From the NCBI GenBank assembly GCA_965649765.1, contig OZ287748.1, positions 7,440,001 through 7,504,000 of the forward strand: DNA of 64,000 nucleotides. The letters are read 5' to 3'. The notes below the pieces were generated by a model. The model ran no database searches and was not told the origin of the DNA. It worked only from the letters and a program-made list of their open reading frames with translations. Position numbers and translations under genes: made by a program. This document shows positions 33,926-47,673 of the stretch, piece after piece (positions within the stretch are counted from its first letter, which is position 1; each line of letters starts with the position of its first letter). This DNA is from Bispira polyomma. Lineage: Eukaryota.

Positions 33926-36900
33926 GTGTTTGTTTTCTCTGTCAATAACAAATCAAATTACTGTCCATGTTTTCTGTGGTCCTGTGCAAACTGACAAATG
34001 ATATAGCAATCTCCATGGCCCAAATAATGACTGTATTTCTAATTACATTATCCGTATAAAGCTTTTGGTTGTCATTGCTCCCCATATCCTGCCTTATATC
34101 CTGTTTGTCTTTTGTCCAGAATGCATCTTTTCTCTTGGATAAGTCTGTTTTATTATTTCCCCTCTTCTTTTAAACAGACAGAACAATAGCCACTTTAGCA
34201 CTGTATTACACAAACCAGTAACTCGAGGTGCTATGCCTGTGTGTGTGTGTGTTTGTGTGCTTATGAGACCATATTTCCGTGTCACCAGAATAGCTGATGA
34301 TCAGTGTCACATGTGTGTTTCCTTTTAAAACACCCCCTCCCACAATACCCACATCTCCGTTCAACATGTGAAAGTCCACTTGATCTCTAGATTTACAGAT
34401 TTCCATAGCCACACTTGTAAACAAGTTAGAATTAGCCAGTGTGTTCTGCTCAAGACTCCTTACTCTGTTGCATTGTTGAGTGGTGCTGTTGTAAATCCAG
34501 TAGAGCCTCTATTATTAAAACATGTTGGGAGAGCAAGATTTGGTTTGGATAATGGAAGGTCCATAAAATAGAAGAGGCATTTCACCATGAAACAAGACAA
34601 ATAGATAAATTCAGGAGGATGGAAATGTATTTTAATAAAATGAAATATTTGGATAACGGAATGTCAGATAATGGAGGTTCTACTGTAATACCATTGGCCA
34701 TATTCTTCAATAATATCAATCTTTTAACCCAGAGACTCTAAAGCTCAAATCTAAAGGTCTACATATCTTTGGTTGGAGTGATTTAAGTTCGGGAAATCTG
34801 ACTGCATATTTGAAAGCGCTTCTTAACAAGTGCATGCTATATTTTTGTACATAAAGACTTCCACATAGACCCCTCATTTGAGTCTGATTTTGAGCACATC
34901 AGTTTCTTTGTACAATATCGACCTTAGGCTGTATACATGTAGTTATATTGTTGTGATATATATTGAACAGCATACCATACAATTTGAGACATTACACAAG
35001 TCCTGTCATTAAGACATGGGGATTAATTGTTCTTATTGATTAATTGTTAATGCCCGATCTTCGCGCCGATCACAGTATAGCACAAATTCTGTCAACGGCT
35101 ATCCAATTATTTTCATAAAATGCTGTTTAAAAATTTGATTAATAAAGGACATCCCAGAATTACATTAATACTCTTGTTCATATACGGAGCCTTGTTTGTT
35201 CAGGATATACTGTGAAAGTTATTTTACCTCTTTTGGTCTTAATTGACTCAATGTATTATCACATGATGCACATTTGTAACATTAACATTATATGAGTAAT
35301 TATATTGTCTGAGATTGAATGGCCAGAAATTTAGCCAATTTCATTATTGCAATATAAAAGTAAACTCATGAAAGGAATGTCATATTAGGTTGATTTTCCT
35401 AAATATTAAGTTTGTAGTTTCCTGTCTAAATGTAGAACGATAATATACTTTCATCGGTTGGTAAAGTGTTAAAAAATGTTATGCATCATCATGGCGTTAG
35501 ACAGGGTCATACAAGTTGCACATTTCACTTTCAAACGGACGGGAAAAAAATTAATTGCTCTCTTGAAAAAAATCATTCAGATTCATACATTGTGTATTCA
35601 GAACAAGATCGAATAGAAATAGCCTTATAAAAGTCTATAAAAAGATTCCTGTTCCATCCTGCTCACTTATTTCCCTGAATGTTTCAATGTAGATTATAAT
35701 AATAAAAGAAATAGCCAATTAAACTAGCTACATGTGTGTATTCATTGGGCAATCTAACTGGATCAAAGTTTTTTTATAATGGAAATTAATCGTCCTCCAT
35801 ATATTGATTCTAGGTATTGTAAATCAATGTTTTCTCAGTCATTTCAAGCAAAGTCATTACTTATGGTAAATGTCATTTCCTAAATCTATATGACATGCAA
35901 CAAATCGGTTAAACATGCTCTGAATATGTTTAGTTTAAACTTCTGTCACTATAATTGAATTTTTTGGATGGTTTCAGTTTTTGCAGAAGAAAACAAACCC
36001 CAGTCCATTTTGATAACTTGTCTTGTTTTCAGGGTAAACAGACAGTCTATCTATAATTTTAGTTCAATGCCATATTCAGTGTATTATGATTGTGATCACA
36101 ATTATTGCTCTTATCATCATTGTTTTTATTTTTTTCTAATTTCACTATCCCACATCTACAGAATTTTAGATCGTATAGAAACATATTGTAAATGGCTTCT
36201 AAGCTCATGGTTGTTTTATATACATGATATTTTAAGCTGGAAATAGTTAACATTTATTTTCTTATCAGTTAAGTCTGCTACTAGAAGATGACTTCTTTTT
36301 TTAAATGTAGTGTACAGGAGAAACTGGGCTCTTATATTGAGCTTCTTCGTTGACATTCTCGCAGAAAGATTGTTGAGTTTACAGCAAACTCTTTCCTTAA
36401 TTACAAAGATTAACAATTTAAAATGTCTATGACCCAAATATAAGCATCCATACAATTCGAAACAAGGGAGTGGTGACGTTTTTTTAATAACTTCTTTCAA
36501 ATAAAGTGTTGTACCTGTTACTGTTCTGGCATATTTTACTATTTTTCCTGAAATAACAAACTTTATTTTCAAAAGTATATATTGGAACTACTGTGTTTAT
36601 TCCCAGATCTCAAGGTGCTCCATGTGAAGGTTTGTTTTGCCTGAAAAACGATCCCAACACTTGTCTGACAGGGAGATGCTTTGTTAGATGTGGTTCAGGC
36701 CACATTTTATTTAATCACCATTTGTAAAGCTACACTCTGCAGCTTTTACCCCACATCCTTGACATATAGGCTGTGAGGTATTGGTTTCACATGGGTCGTC
36801 CAAATACATTCCAATAAGATGCCATTCCCTACTTTTTTTAGGTCTCAGAGTTTAATGCACATGAGCTTTACAGAGTGAATTTATGAGTATTTAACCTCTG

Positions 36901-37139
36901 GGTGTTATTATGTCTTCTAAATTATATATACTAATGTTGAGAAACTCAAAAGTACTGAAAAAATGACATTAATGTAAAAAAAAAAAGAGATTAAAGTTGG
37001 TAATATAAAAGGTTATATTAAACAATAACGTGTAATCAAAATTAGGGTAAAAACTAAAAGCACTTTGATTCCACATATCGTGACATATGTATTATTTTTG
37101 ACCAAACCTCTTTAAACCCTTAATTCAAAAGTCCAAGGA

Positions 37140-37310
37140 GGGGCCACGGTGGCCTAGTCGTTAATAAGTAAGCATTGCGCTTCACAATCACTGGTCCCTC
37201 ACCTCTGGGATCGGCTGGCGTGGGTTCGACTTCCTTCGATGCCTATGTGGGAAAGGTGGTAGTTCCTTACTATGGGCCGCTGGTTTCAGTGCAGAACCTA
37301 CTTTTAAGGG
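37140..37310 (+). mobile_element. tRNA-derived SINE
   Basis: GGGGCCACGGTGGCCTAGTCG (A box) and GGTTCGACTTCC (B box, 37223-37234). The spacing and body do not form a normal cloverleaf. Confidence 0.7.
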
Positions 37311-38008
37311 AACTGATTACAAAGAGATCGGTTTTATTCATTATGGTGACATGTAAATGATAGATAGATTGACAGACATGGACCTTTTTCGACCCCTAGG
37401 TTGTAGGCAAGCAGTCGACGAAAATTGGTACTCCCAGGACGTCATTGTCTGTCGACACGCAGTCAACACCCTAAAAATACTATGTTATTTTCCTTCAGTT
37501 CCTCACAATGGCAAATTGTTAGTACAGCAGACTTCCCTGTTTAGAAATTAATATTTGAGGTTAATATTGAACTGAATCCCCCTATGTAATTGTTGGTGTG
37601 TGTTTTTAAGTGACTTCAGCTATCTGAAACCTATTGCCGACCTATTTTCCTTCAGTTCCAGCGTTGTTGTTTTTTTCTTAGTCCTAAAAGAGATTTAAGC
37701 AGCTTTTGAGAGTTGAATATCAAAGACTGAAGTTTTTAAGGAATATAAAATTCCCCACTGTCTCTAAAATTTGCCACCTAGAAAATGTTGCATTTTTGGT
37801 AGAATTGTGGGTAATATTTGCTAAAATTGAGATTTTTGTGACTGTTTTGCCTTTAACTTTAACCTAAATTCCAGATACATGTATTTGTCACCAGTTTTTT
37901 TTTATTGATTTGGCTTAAATGTTAGGGGTGTTGGATTTCAGATGCAGTGCCAAATTTCAGATGCAGTGGTAAATTTTAGGTTCATTTCACTCTATTTTGT
38001 ACTTGTAG

Positions 38009-38200
38009 ATGCAGTACTACAGTTCCTACTGGCCAGCCTACAGGAGCCCAACCTGGCCACTGCGGCGGCCTATTCTGTACTCAAAATATGCGAGCAGTGT
38101 CGCAGCCAGATGACTGAGCACTTTACGGGCCTCGTGCAGATCATTGAAGCCATGGACACGTTTAACTTGAGCCACGAAGCGTGTTTAGGTCTATTAAGAG
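38009..38200 (+). CDS. TNPO3: Transportin-3 internal exon: (D)AVLQFLLASLQEPNLATAAAYSVLKICEQCRSQMTEHFTGLVQIIEAMDTFNLSHEACLGLLR(G)
   Basis: Boundaries cttgtag| and |gtaata, phase 1/1. The peptide is colinear with human TNPO3 as recalled ([65 protein letters not shown]). Confidence 0.93.
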
Positions 38201-40189
38201 GTAATAAATGCTACCATAGTCACAGATGTGTCAATGCTCCCCCAAGGGGTCATTAAAAGCCTCATTATTGGTGACAAGTAGTAAAATGGATTATTTAAAT
38301 CCGGGTCCCCATCTGAGTGGTACTAAAAACCAAAAAATATGTGCCAGACCAATTCGCTTTATTATGTAGTAACATTTTACATTAGAAAGAAAAAAAATTT
38401 AATTTGCCCAAAGTCATTCCCCATTGCACTGTGTTCCTCCAAATTCCTAAGAACAAGACCCAGTAACCTAAAATGTTGTAGTCAATTATGTAAGTTAAGT
38501 GAGAATCGGGTAATTTTAAAAAACTGCGTACGCCTGCCTCTTATTTGATATTTTCAACAGTGTCGACCCATCTAAAGTAACAATGATTTCTATAAAATAT
38601 ACGTCTATTTTTCTATTTTTGTTACAAACTTGTATAAAACAAAACAAATTTTTGAAAAAAATGTCGGGTACTGGAATAATTTTAAAAAGCTCCAAATTTT
38701 ATTTTTTTTTGAGGCTGGATCATCCAATGGTCCACATTCTGATTATGGAAATCAAGCTAAGTTGATTTTTATCTCGGAGAGCGGAAGCCTGCCGAGATCA
38801 TGTATTAGATACATGGCTTTTTTTCTGTAGACAGCACTATTTGGATTACACAGTTTTTGTTACTATTCGATGCGATTTCCTTAAATAAAATTTCCTTAAG
38901 TACATTGGGCCTGACCTATTACACAGAATTCAAAACTAAAACTCAGTAAGATGATGTTTTATATATTTTACTATTTGCTTACACAGTTTTTGTTACAATT
39001 ATATGACTTAAACATTTCTAAAAAAGACCAAATTTAGCTGTATGTTAATCCCTTTAATTTGCTTTCCAAATATCTTATGTCCATGTGCTTCCCCAACTAC
39101 AAATTGATTATTATGATGAAGCATCACATGTCTAATGTCAGCCAGTCAGAATTACTGATACAGTAACCAATGAAATCGCTTCATACTAACAGACTGATAA
39201 AATTTTAGGTAAACAACAGCAACTTCTGTGAGCTACCAAAATATATAAAATATGTTATTTCACAGTTATTAATCTAAATAATAGCCTCTTATTTTGTCAG
39301 AAGATGCAAAAGTATTTATTCTCTGTAAAAGTATTTACTTTCTTGTTAAAGGGCGAGATTTCCATTGAACTTTTGTAAAACTTCAGCTCCAGAGATCTGC
39401 AAAAACCAAAATCAAAATAAAATATATATTTTTTGTACCTTATAGGTTGACATGTAGACAGATAGACAGTTGATTAGGTGGACAGATTTTTTTTGTTGTA
39501 ACTTATACATTGACAGATGGACAGATGTTGGTTTACTTTCAAGTAGGCAGCTTCACAAATAAATACACGTTTCCGAGATTTGTGACCGCAAGGTCACTGT
39601 CCTCTTGTGTTTTCAACACCTCAATATTCCTGTTAAAATATTAGTGTATCTCAGATCTATGTACCATTAAAATATAGGTGGGCGTTAACTGTTGCCACTC
39701 ACTATATATTTTGTATATATATAGTTTTTAAAGCCAAAGGTCTTTTTAGTTATTTATTAAAGAAGAGGAGCCAATAATTCCCCAATAATTCCAACTTAGA
39801 CTGAAGCTCATCTCTGAAGTTTCCCAATCTCTGGCCCGAGTGACCCAAGGAAAATTTGACAATATATTTGCATTCATCACTGAAATCTCTATTAAAATGA
39901 ATGGTCACAAGTACAGGTTGAATTCATCACTGAAATCGCTATTAAAATGAATGGTCACGAGTATAGATTTGTTTCATATACAGAGACTTTGACATGGCCT
40001 TTATTTGAATTGAGTTTAAGTGTCTTTAAAGAATACAGACGTAGTTCAGTAACCCGAGAGTCTCAGGAGATCTAAGTGCAGACTTCTTTTGAGTTTGTGA
40101 CATATCAAACATTAATACTTGTAGAAGTCAGGCTGTGTAAGCCCGTCTCATGAGATCTTTGTGGGGTTTTTGTGTGTGTCTATTTTTAG

Positions 40190-40281
40190 GTGCGGCACTC
40201 ATCCTAGCCAAGATGTCTCACGACAAGATAACAATAGGCATGCAGCAGCTCTGCAATGTTCAGATCACACCACTCCATAAG
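40190..40281 (+). CDS. TNPO3: Transportin-3 internal exon: (G)AALILAKMSHDKITIGMQQLCNVQITPLHK
   Basis: Boundaries tatttttag| and |gtattt. Joins the previous exon in frame and matches TNPO3 [31 protein letters not shown]. Confidence 0.92.
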
Positions 40282-41054
40282 GTATTTCAAATTTATTAAA
40301 GAAAAATGTGATGTCAGATTCTGTTAACATGTTGCCTCACCCTTAAGCCTGGCTCACACTGCAGAGATTTTGAATTGAGATATTAGTACGACCCTGAAGC
40401 AATGCATTGATTGCCCCATCGCCGTCTGATCGAGTTTGTGTGGACACAAATCCTGTACAACCAATGCAAATTGCAGGTCTCCTAGAATGCCCTGAAATCA
40501 CCAGCCTAGGTCTGCAAGTGGGATGAGGCCTTTCATGATATGACCTAGATTTAAACACACCTATTAATTTCCTGATCTCCACTATATACACTTGTAGGGA
40601 GTACAGAATATTGGTATGATATGGCGCCACCTTCTAAGTTCTTGCATTGTTGCTTGTGAGAGACACTGTACCAACTGTAATTACAATATTGTTCGTTGGG
40701 TGAGGTATCTGCTAAACAGAGTTTTCCTGATAGTGAGTCATATGACAAGAATCTGATTACATTTTCTCTTCTGCAATGACCTGTTTCACAGGTTTTGGCC
40801 TCGGTGTTTTCACAGATTGAGCGAGCTCTCAAGTGAGACTAATGTCAAAGCTTTTAGCTAATCGTTGCCATTAAAAAGTATCACTTTATGGATTTAAAGA
40901 GTTTGTAGTTCTTTTGTAAACAATGGAGTTTAACTTATTCACATATTTTTCATGATAATGTTTTTGAATTTTTAGTCATAATTATAAATAACAACATCGC
41001 CCGAGCCAACATCTGGATTTTTTAGGTTAAGTATATTTGTATGATGTTTTTCAG

Positions 41055-41140
41055 ATACTAGAACAAGAAGTTTCAACGGATTCAGAAATTAAGATGCCAG
41101 ACCCTTCAAAGTTTCTGGATCGTTTGGCAACAATATTTAG
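41055..41140 (+). CDS. TNPO3: Transportin-3 internal exon: ILEQEVSTDSEIKMPDPSKFLDRLATIF(R)
   Basis: Boundaries tttttcag| and |gtgagc, phase 0/2. Matches TNPO3 [26 protein letters not shown]. Confidence 0.93.
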
Positions 41141-42099
41141 GTGAGCTAGTGTATCTCTGCAAGGATTTACATTATTAGCTTTTCAGTTTGAGTTTTGCTT
41201 CATCACATAATGTTCAGACTTGTGTGGAATTAAAGAAATTTGATTTTTTCTCATATTTGTTATAGTCGTTTTCACTGGACCTCAAAATCTGTTGTGACAC
41301 GCTCCCAACCCTAGGTTGTTTGTATGTTATTTATCAAATTTGAACAAAGGCAAATTCAGTAGATGGATGTTCTGATTGTAGATAAATTAATTTACAACTG
41401 GCCAACTGACTGCCAATGAAATTTGTATTTTTTAAATTATGTCCTTTGTGTATTCTAGATAATCCGTTTTTGAGATGTTCCTTAATGTTTTATTGCTATG
41501 AAATATCAATCCGAAATCTTTGGGTGAAAATATCCTATGAAGCTGCACACAAAATGAAAAAAAAAAAATGGCTATAGACAAAATAATTAGTCCTTGTTAG
41601 GTCTGGATATGCCTTAAAAATATAGTGTTTCGAAATGCACAAAAATCTGCCATTAGTAGGATTGAGATGTCAGTCTAACTGTTTAACTTGACAACCATCA
41701 ATGAGAGGGGGGGGGGGTGGTTATGATTTTTTAGAAACCATTTGTTGAGAATTTACTTGTAGCCTCCCTGAGGATTATTACAGAACCAGAGACTTTTAAT
41801 CTTTAAAAAAAATTAACAGTCAATTTTTATTATGTCCCCCCTGCTTGGGGGAAGGGGAGGGGGGAAGAGAGACATTATTTTTGTGATATGTCATCCGAGT
41901 TTGGCTTAATTTTTAGCCACCGTTGCCATCGTGAAAAAGCTAAAGAAAAAGTTAATTCATGTGTTTTTCATGGGTATAATTTGCTTGGGGGTGATGTTCG
42001 GTCCGTTTCGAAAAAACAAAATGACTGCCATTGCTGTCAATGTGAATGCTCATTAAAAGGAAAAGTATTGCAATTAGTTTTCTCTGGATTTAATACATG

Positions 42100-43300
42100 G
42101 CTTTATCCGGCTTTACCGGAAGAGTAATTCTGATGGATACTATGGATTAGTCATCGTAACCGCCGCCGCTTCAGTGTGTGTAGAGATTTTACCGTTACCG
42201 CTCTCTTGGGAAAAATTTACACGTAGGCTCCTGAAATTTACAGGAAATTTTCTTTATTACAAAACCTTGCCTGGGAATAATTTTGGCCTCATTTTGACAA
42301 ACAAGATGGCCGCCACGGGCGTCTTTTTGAAAATAATCGGGCTTTTAACTGTGTCGGTTTCTCAGCTTTTAAATGTTGAATCTTATTACGGGTAATATGT
42401 TTAATAGATATATATGTCCTTTATAAGCATGCAGACATTTGACCTTGAATCTCCTCATTCAAGGTCATCGACAGAGTGCCAAAGTACCCCAAGTGACCAA
42501 TTTTGGCCTGAACTTTGAACTTTCCCAAGTGCCCATATCTGGCTTAATATTGGTCCTAGAGGTTTGGGATCTCAAACAAACCTACAGGAAATAATAATAA
42601 GCAGGGAATCTTTTGGTGTGCTCACATTTGACCTTGGCCCTCTCCTTCAAGGTCAAACAGGGATGGCCAAAGCTAAAACTGCCTATATCTCACTTATTTT
42701 GGTCAAACAGGTTTTGGATGTGAAACCAACCTATAGGAAATCATGGGCTTGGAATTTTTTGATGTAGTCCGATTTGGTCAAATTTAAAAGTGCCTATATC
42801 TCACTTATTATTGGTCCGAGAGGTTTGAAGTGCCAACCAAACTTATAGAAAATCATGGGCTGGGAATCTTTTGATGTACTCAGATTTGACCTTGGGCCCC
42901 TCGTTTAAGGTTAAATGAGGATGGCCAAACTTAAAAGTGCCTATATCTCGCTTATTATTGGTCCTACAGGTTTCAAATGTAAAACCAACCTGTCAGAAAT
43001 CAAGGCCTGGGAATCTTTTGCTGTGGTCAGATTTGACCTTGGCTCCCTCGTGCAAGGTCAAACGGATAGGCCAGACTTTAAAGTGCCTATCTCACACTTA
43101 TTGGTCCCACATGTTTGCAATGTGAAACCCACTTGTGTGATTTAAGGCTTTAGCATAAATGCCGTATAGGAAATCATGGGCTCCTAGCTTGGGTGCTAGC
43201 TACCTAAGGTGATTGCTACCTAGGGTGCTTGCTACCTAAGGTGCTTTGTCTTTCTGGTGGATACAAATATGCATCGGTTCTCCGATGCACTGGGTCTAGT
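42100..43300 (+). mobile_element. Helentron/HINE-like element with ~146 bp internal repeats
   Basis: 5' TTTATCC..GGATAC head plus a CCGCCGCCGC tract. About 4-5 units (AAGTGCCTATATCTC...GATTTGACCTTGG...AAGGTCAAAC) at ~42527-43140. The 3' end has GGTGGATACAAA, the hairpin TGCATCGG-TTCT-CCGATGCA (43270-43289) and a CTAGT terminus. Confidence 0.7.
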
Positions 43301-44410
43301 GAAAGATTGTATTTATTTATAATTTCCCCAACACCCAAAAGGCCACCAATTAGGTTTAGGTTCCATTTTAAATTTGTGGAATAGGATCCAAAAAGGCACA
43401 AACTGATTTGATCTCAGGGTTAGTGTAAGTTATATGAAGGGATAGGATTACTTTTGATAATGCTATTGGTGAATCTACATGTGAAACACACTTTTATTTA
43501 TTCCACCAATTTGATTATGTATGTAAGTAGATCTTGTAGTTCACTTTATCTCTGGTTGACTCTCTCAAGTGTCCTGTTTTTTACTGTAACAATCTATGAA
43601 ACTCAACTAAAATTAAACTACAAACCTTTCCTTTGGCATTTGCAGCATATGTAGCCATTAAGTTTGCACTTCTAAATTCAGACTAATTTTGTAACTAAAT
43701 TCCCCAAAAACGCAAGCTATAACTAAACACAGTGTAGATATAAATTCAGGTAAATACAAGTGTCAGTTTCTTTTTGCTTTTAGGTCTAATAATATATTAT
43801 ATTACTGCTTGGGAGTAGCTGTAATATTCGCCATTCAACAAAAATTGAGCAATCTGTAATACTAGCTGATGGCTGTAGATCACTTTTATGATATCTGTCT
43901 TGTGTATGGAAGCCAATTTCCTCCATTTTTTGAGGCCCAAAGCATGTATAGTCTAGTTTTTTGTGAGACAAAGCAAAACAATGAGTACAAGTCATTGTCT
44001 ATGTTAGGTATCTTATGAAACTCTAAAAATGTTAAAGGGAGAAATACTGTCAACTGAAATATAAACCTGTTCTTTTTCTTTTCTTCTGTCAGCCACTGAA
44101 ACCTTCCCATCAATGTCTGTGTCATCCGGTGGTGTATCTTTAAAGTATAACTTATTTCCGAGACATCCATATCTGTCAAATTTAAATCTAGGATTCAACA
44201 AAATGTATGCAATTGATATTACACTGACAAGCAAGATGTTTACCATGGCAAAGGTAAATATAAAATGGTAAAATGCAATTTTTGTTCGCATTTGCCCATG
44301 AGATAGAGTGAGCCTTTGCAAGAAAAGAAGTAAAAGACAGGGATCTCTGAAGTGACTGTGTTTTGATGAAGCAAATATTTGTTATGTATTAATTTGGTTG
44401 AACACAATAA

Positions 44411-44560
44411 GTGAGCGTTTCCATACAAGCAATTTTCTGAGGCAACCAGCCGACGGCAATTCCATCACTTTCACTGATTGATAACCAAGTGTTTCCATGT
44501 GAGCAACACCGACAGGCTGCGGGCAATGCAAGGCAATTTTTTTGCTCCTGGTATACAAAA
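44411..44560. mobile_element. Partial copy of the 696-1140 MITE family
   Basis: TAA|GTGAGCGTTTCCATACAAGCAATTTTCTGAGG followed by ATAACCAAGTGTTTCCATGTGAGCAAC, matching the reverse complement of the right arm of 696-1140. It is truncated where the tandem array begins. Confidence 0.75.
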
Positions 44561-46070
44561 AAAATCCTTAATATCTCGGAAACGGTACGAGATAGAGTGA
44601 TTTCGGCTGAATTTTGGACTTACAGGGTATAAAATTTTTTTTAAAATGTTAAAATTTTCAAACTTTTGCAAAAGTCCTCAATCTCAACAAAGGAAACGAA
44701 AAATCCTTAATATCTCAGAAACGGTGCGAGATAGAGTGATTTCGGGTGAATTTTAGGCCCACAGGGTATAAAAAATTTTTAAAATTTTCAAACTTTTGCA
44801 AAAGTCCTCAATCTCAACAAAGGAAATGAAAAATCCTTAATATGTCGGAAACGGTACGAGATAGAGTGATTTCGGCTGAATTTTGGGCTTACAGGGTATA
44901 AAAAATTTTTTAAAATTTTCAAACTTTTGCAAAAGTCTTCAATCTCAACAAAGGAAACAAAAAATCCTTAATATCTCGGAAACGGTGCGAGATAGAGTGA
45001 TTTCGGGTGAATTTTAGGCCCACAGGGTATAAAAATTTTTTAAAAATGTTAAAATTTTCAAAATTTTGCAAATGTCCTCAATCTCAACAAAGAAAACAAA
45101 AAATCCTTAATATCTCGGAAACGGTGCGAGATAGAGTGATTTCGAGTGAATTTTAGGCCCACAGGGTATAAAAATTTTTTAAAAATGTTAAAATTTTCAA
45201 AATTTTGCAAATGTCCTCAATCTTAACAAAGAAAACGAAAAATCCTTTATATCTCGGAAACGTTGTGAGATAGTGATTTCGGCTGAATTTTTGGCCCACA
45301 GGGTATAAAATTTTTTTAAAAATTTTTAAAATTTTGCAAAAGTCCTCAATCTCAACAAAGAAAACGAAAAATCCTTAATATCTCGGAAACGGTACGAGAT
45401 AGAGTGATTTCGGCTGAATTTTGGGCCCACAGGGTATAAAATTTTTTTAAAAATGTTAAAATTTTTAATATTTTGCAAAAGTCCTCAATCTCAGCAAAGA
45501 AAACGAAAAATCCTTTATATCTCGGAAACGGCGTGAGATAGTGATTTCGGCTGAATTTTTGGCCCACAGGGTATAAAGTTTTTTTAAAAATGTTAAAATT
45601 TTCAAAATTTTGCAAAAGTCCTCAATCTCAACAAAAAAAACGAAAAATCCTAAATATCTCGAAAACGGTACGAGATAGTGATTTCGGCTTAATTTTGGTC
45701 AAAATTTTGCAAAAATTCTAAAATTTTCAAAAATTCTAAAATTTTCAAGTCAAAATTTTCAAAAAATCTTGAAATTTTCAAAAAAGTCAAAAAATTTTAA
45801 AAATCTTTAAATTTTCAAAAAAGTCAATTTTTTTTTTTTCCTTCTTTTTTTTGGAATTTTTTTTTTTTTTTTATTTTTTAAAAAATTGCTCTCCCCCCAT
45901 TTTTGGCCAGCAACTTGAATTTCTGCGTTTATCTCGGAAACGGTGCCAGATAGAGCAATTTCTGGGCTCGGAGGGTATGTGCAGAAAATTGCTCAATGTC
46001 TTGTTGGGACGCTTTGTTTTTGCTCTGCAAAACAATTTCCTTTCATTTGCAAAAGCAGTACTCTAGTTTT
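44560..46070 (+). repeat. Tandem array of ~9 units of 129-140 bp followed by a Helentron-like 3' end
   Basis: The unit core AATCCTTAATATCTCGGAAACGGTRCGAGATAGAGTGATTTCGG recurs from ~44560 to 45700. At ~46005-46070 come GGGACGCTT, the hairpin TTGTTTTTGC-TCT-GCAAAACAA and a CTCTAGTT end, resembling the 27363-28973 element. Confidence 0.85.
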
Positions 46071-47673
46071 TTTTGTAAGTCAATGAAAATGAGCTGAGAT
46101 CAGTTAGAAACTGTGAAGGTAGTAGTAAAGCTACAATTTTAAGATTCATATGACTATAGTAAAGAGTAATTTATACGCTTTCTGAAACTTTTTACAAAAT
46201 TCAATTCCGTCCCATACTCGCTAAAATGTACTGTGAATTTTATCTGGCAGTCATTTGGTATTTTATTGTGGCGAGAAATCTGCGTACCATTCATTATCTA
46301 TATACAAATTATGAATGTCAAGGAAAATGATCTTGATGGGTACTTGCTTCTATTTGGTTTTTTTTGCCTTCTTCATTTAATGGACATTCATAGATTTATA
46401 AGGAAAATGATATTCAAATTAAAGTAGGTCGCACTCAACAAAAACAGTCCCGAAACTGACATCATAAATACTGTTTCAAAATGTAAAAAATGTCAGAAAT
46501 GGTGGTATGTTCAGATCACGTGTCCGTTTTTATGAATAGGGTGTAGTAAAGAGTATTTCTATGGCCAATCAGAGAACGCAATCCCAGTCAATGAAAATAA
46601 GTCTGGATTTTAAGCCCAGTGTAGGACGTTCGCCATTTGTACACAAAAGTTGGGTTATAGAAGTTTTTAAACTAAAATGGTGGGCTTCCTGTTTTGTCAC
46701 ATGTATCAAAAATGGCCCATAAAATGAAAAATTATGCCAACTAAATGACAAAACGTATATATTTTACCATTATTTGACTTATTTCAAGTTATACCAGCTT
46801 TTTATTTGGTAATATGTAGGATAAACTACATTTAAATTTTTTTTACTGCCCCCGCCAAAACAAGTCCAAACTTCAAAATAAGATCTCCACAACCCACGTT
46901 TCTGTTTCCAATGGAGTTACTAGTAAAGCTAAAATTTTAAAATTCATATGACTATAAATAGTAATTTATAAACTTTCTGAAACTTTTTACAAAATTAAAA
47001 TCCGTCCCATAATGACTGAGATATGTCGTTTCAATATATATTTAAAATTGCTGAAAGAAATAAATGTCAAAAAAAATGGCGGACCTAATTCCTGCTTGTC
47101 AACATAGCTATCAGAATCGGCCCATAAAATGGGAAATTCTGACAACTAAATGAGAAAACGTATATATTTGACCATTATTTGACTTACTTTAAGTTATAAC
47201 AGCTTTTCGTTCGGTAATATGTAGGATAAACTACATTTTAATTTTTTCCTGTCGCTATATTCTTGAACAAGGCTTCTAGTCAATTTTCCGTCTTGGTGGA
47301 ATAAATTAAGTGATCCAATCAGCTGTTTCATTGATGGTTATTTTTTTTAATCAAATGCGAGTACGGACTAAGTTCACGTGATCTTCCGAACATGCGCAGT
47401 GAAATGTAATTTATTCTCTAAAAGACGTGAGCGAAAAATAGAAGATACTAGACACTTTATCTTTGGTATCCAGATGTTTTTCAAACGATACGATTCGTTT
47501 TGACTTTTACAGAGATATAGTTTTTATTTATGTACTACATACAGCCTACAACAAGGGAACCTGGTCAAAATAAAAATTCTTGTCTCCAATCTAGAACTTG
47601 GACAACATCGCACTGGTCAAATTTTTTTTTTTTTTTTTTGCAATATTTAAAATTTTTTTTTTTTCAAATTTCT

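Noticed and set aside
37140-37240. Possible tRNA gene
   Set aside because: A and B boxes are present but too far apart, with no acceptor-stem closure or terminator; called as a SINE instead.
1-38008. Searched for the preceding TNPO3 exon (..VRYTSIELVGEMSEVV.. region), and after 58145 for the next one (IWPVLSETL..)
   Set aside because: No convincing match by eye. They probably lie outside the window, but a missed small exon cannot be excluded without a spliced alignment.
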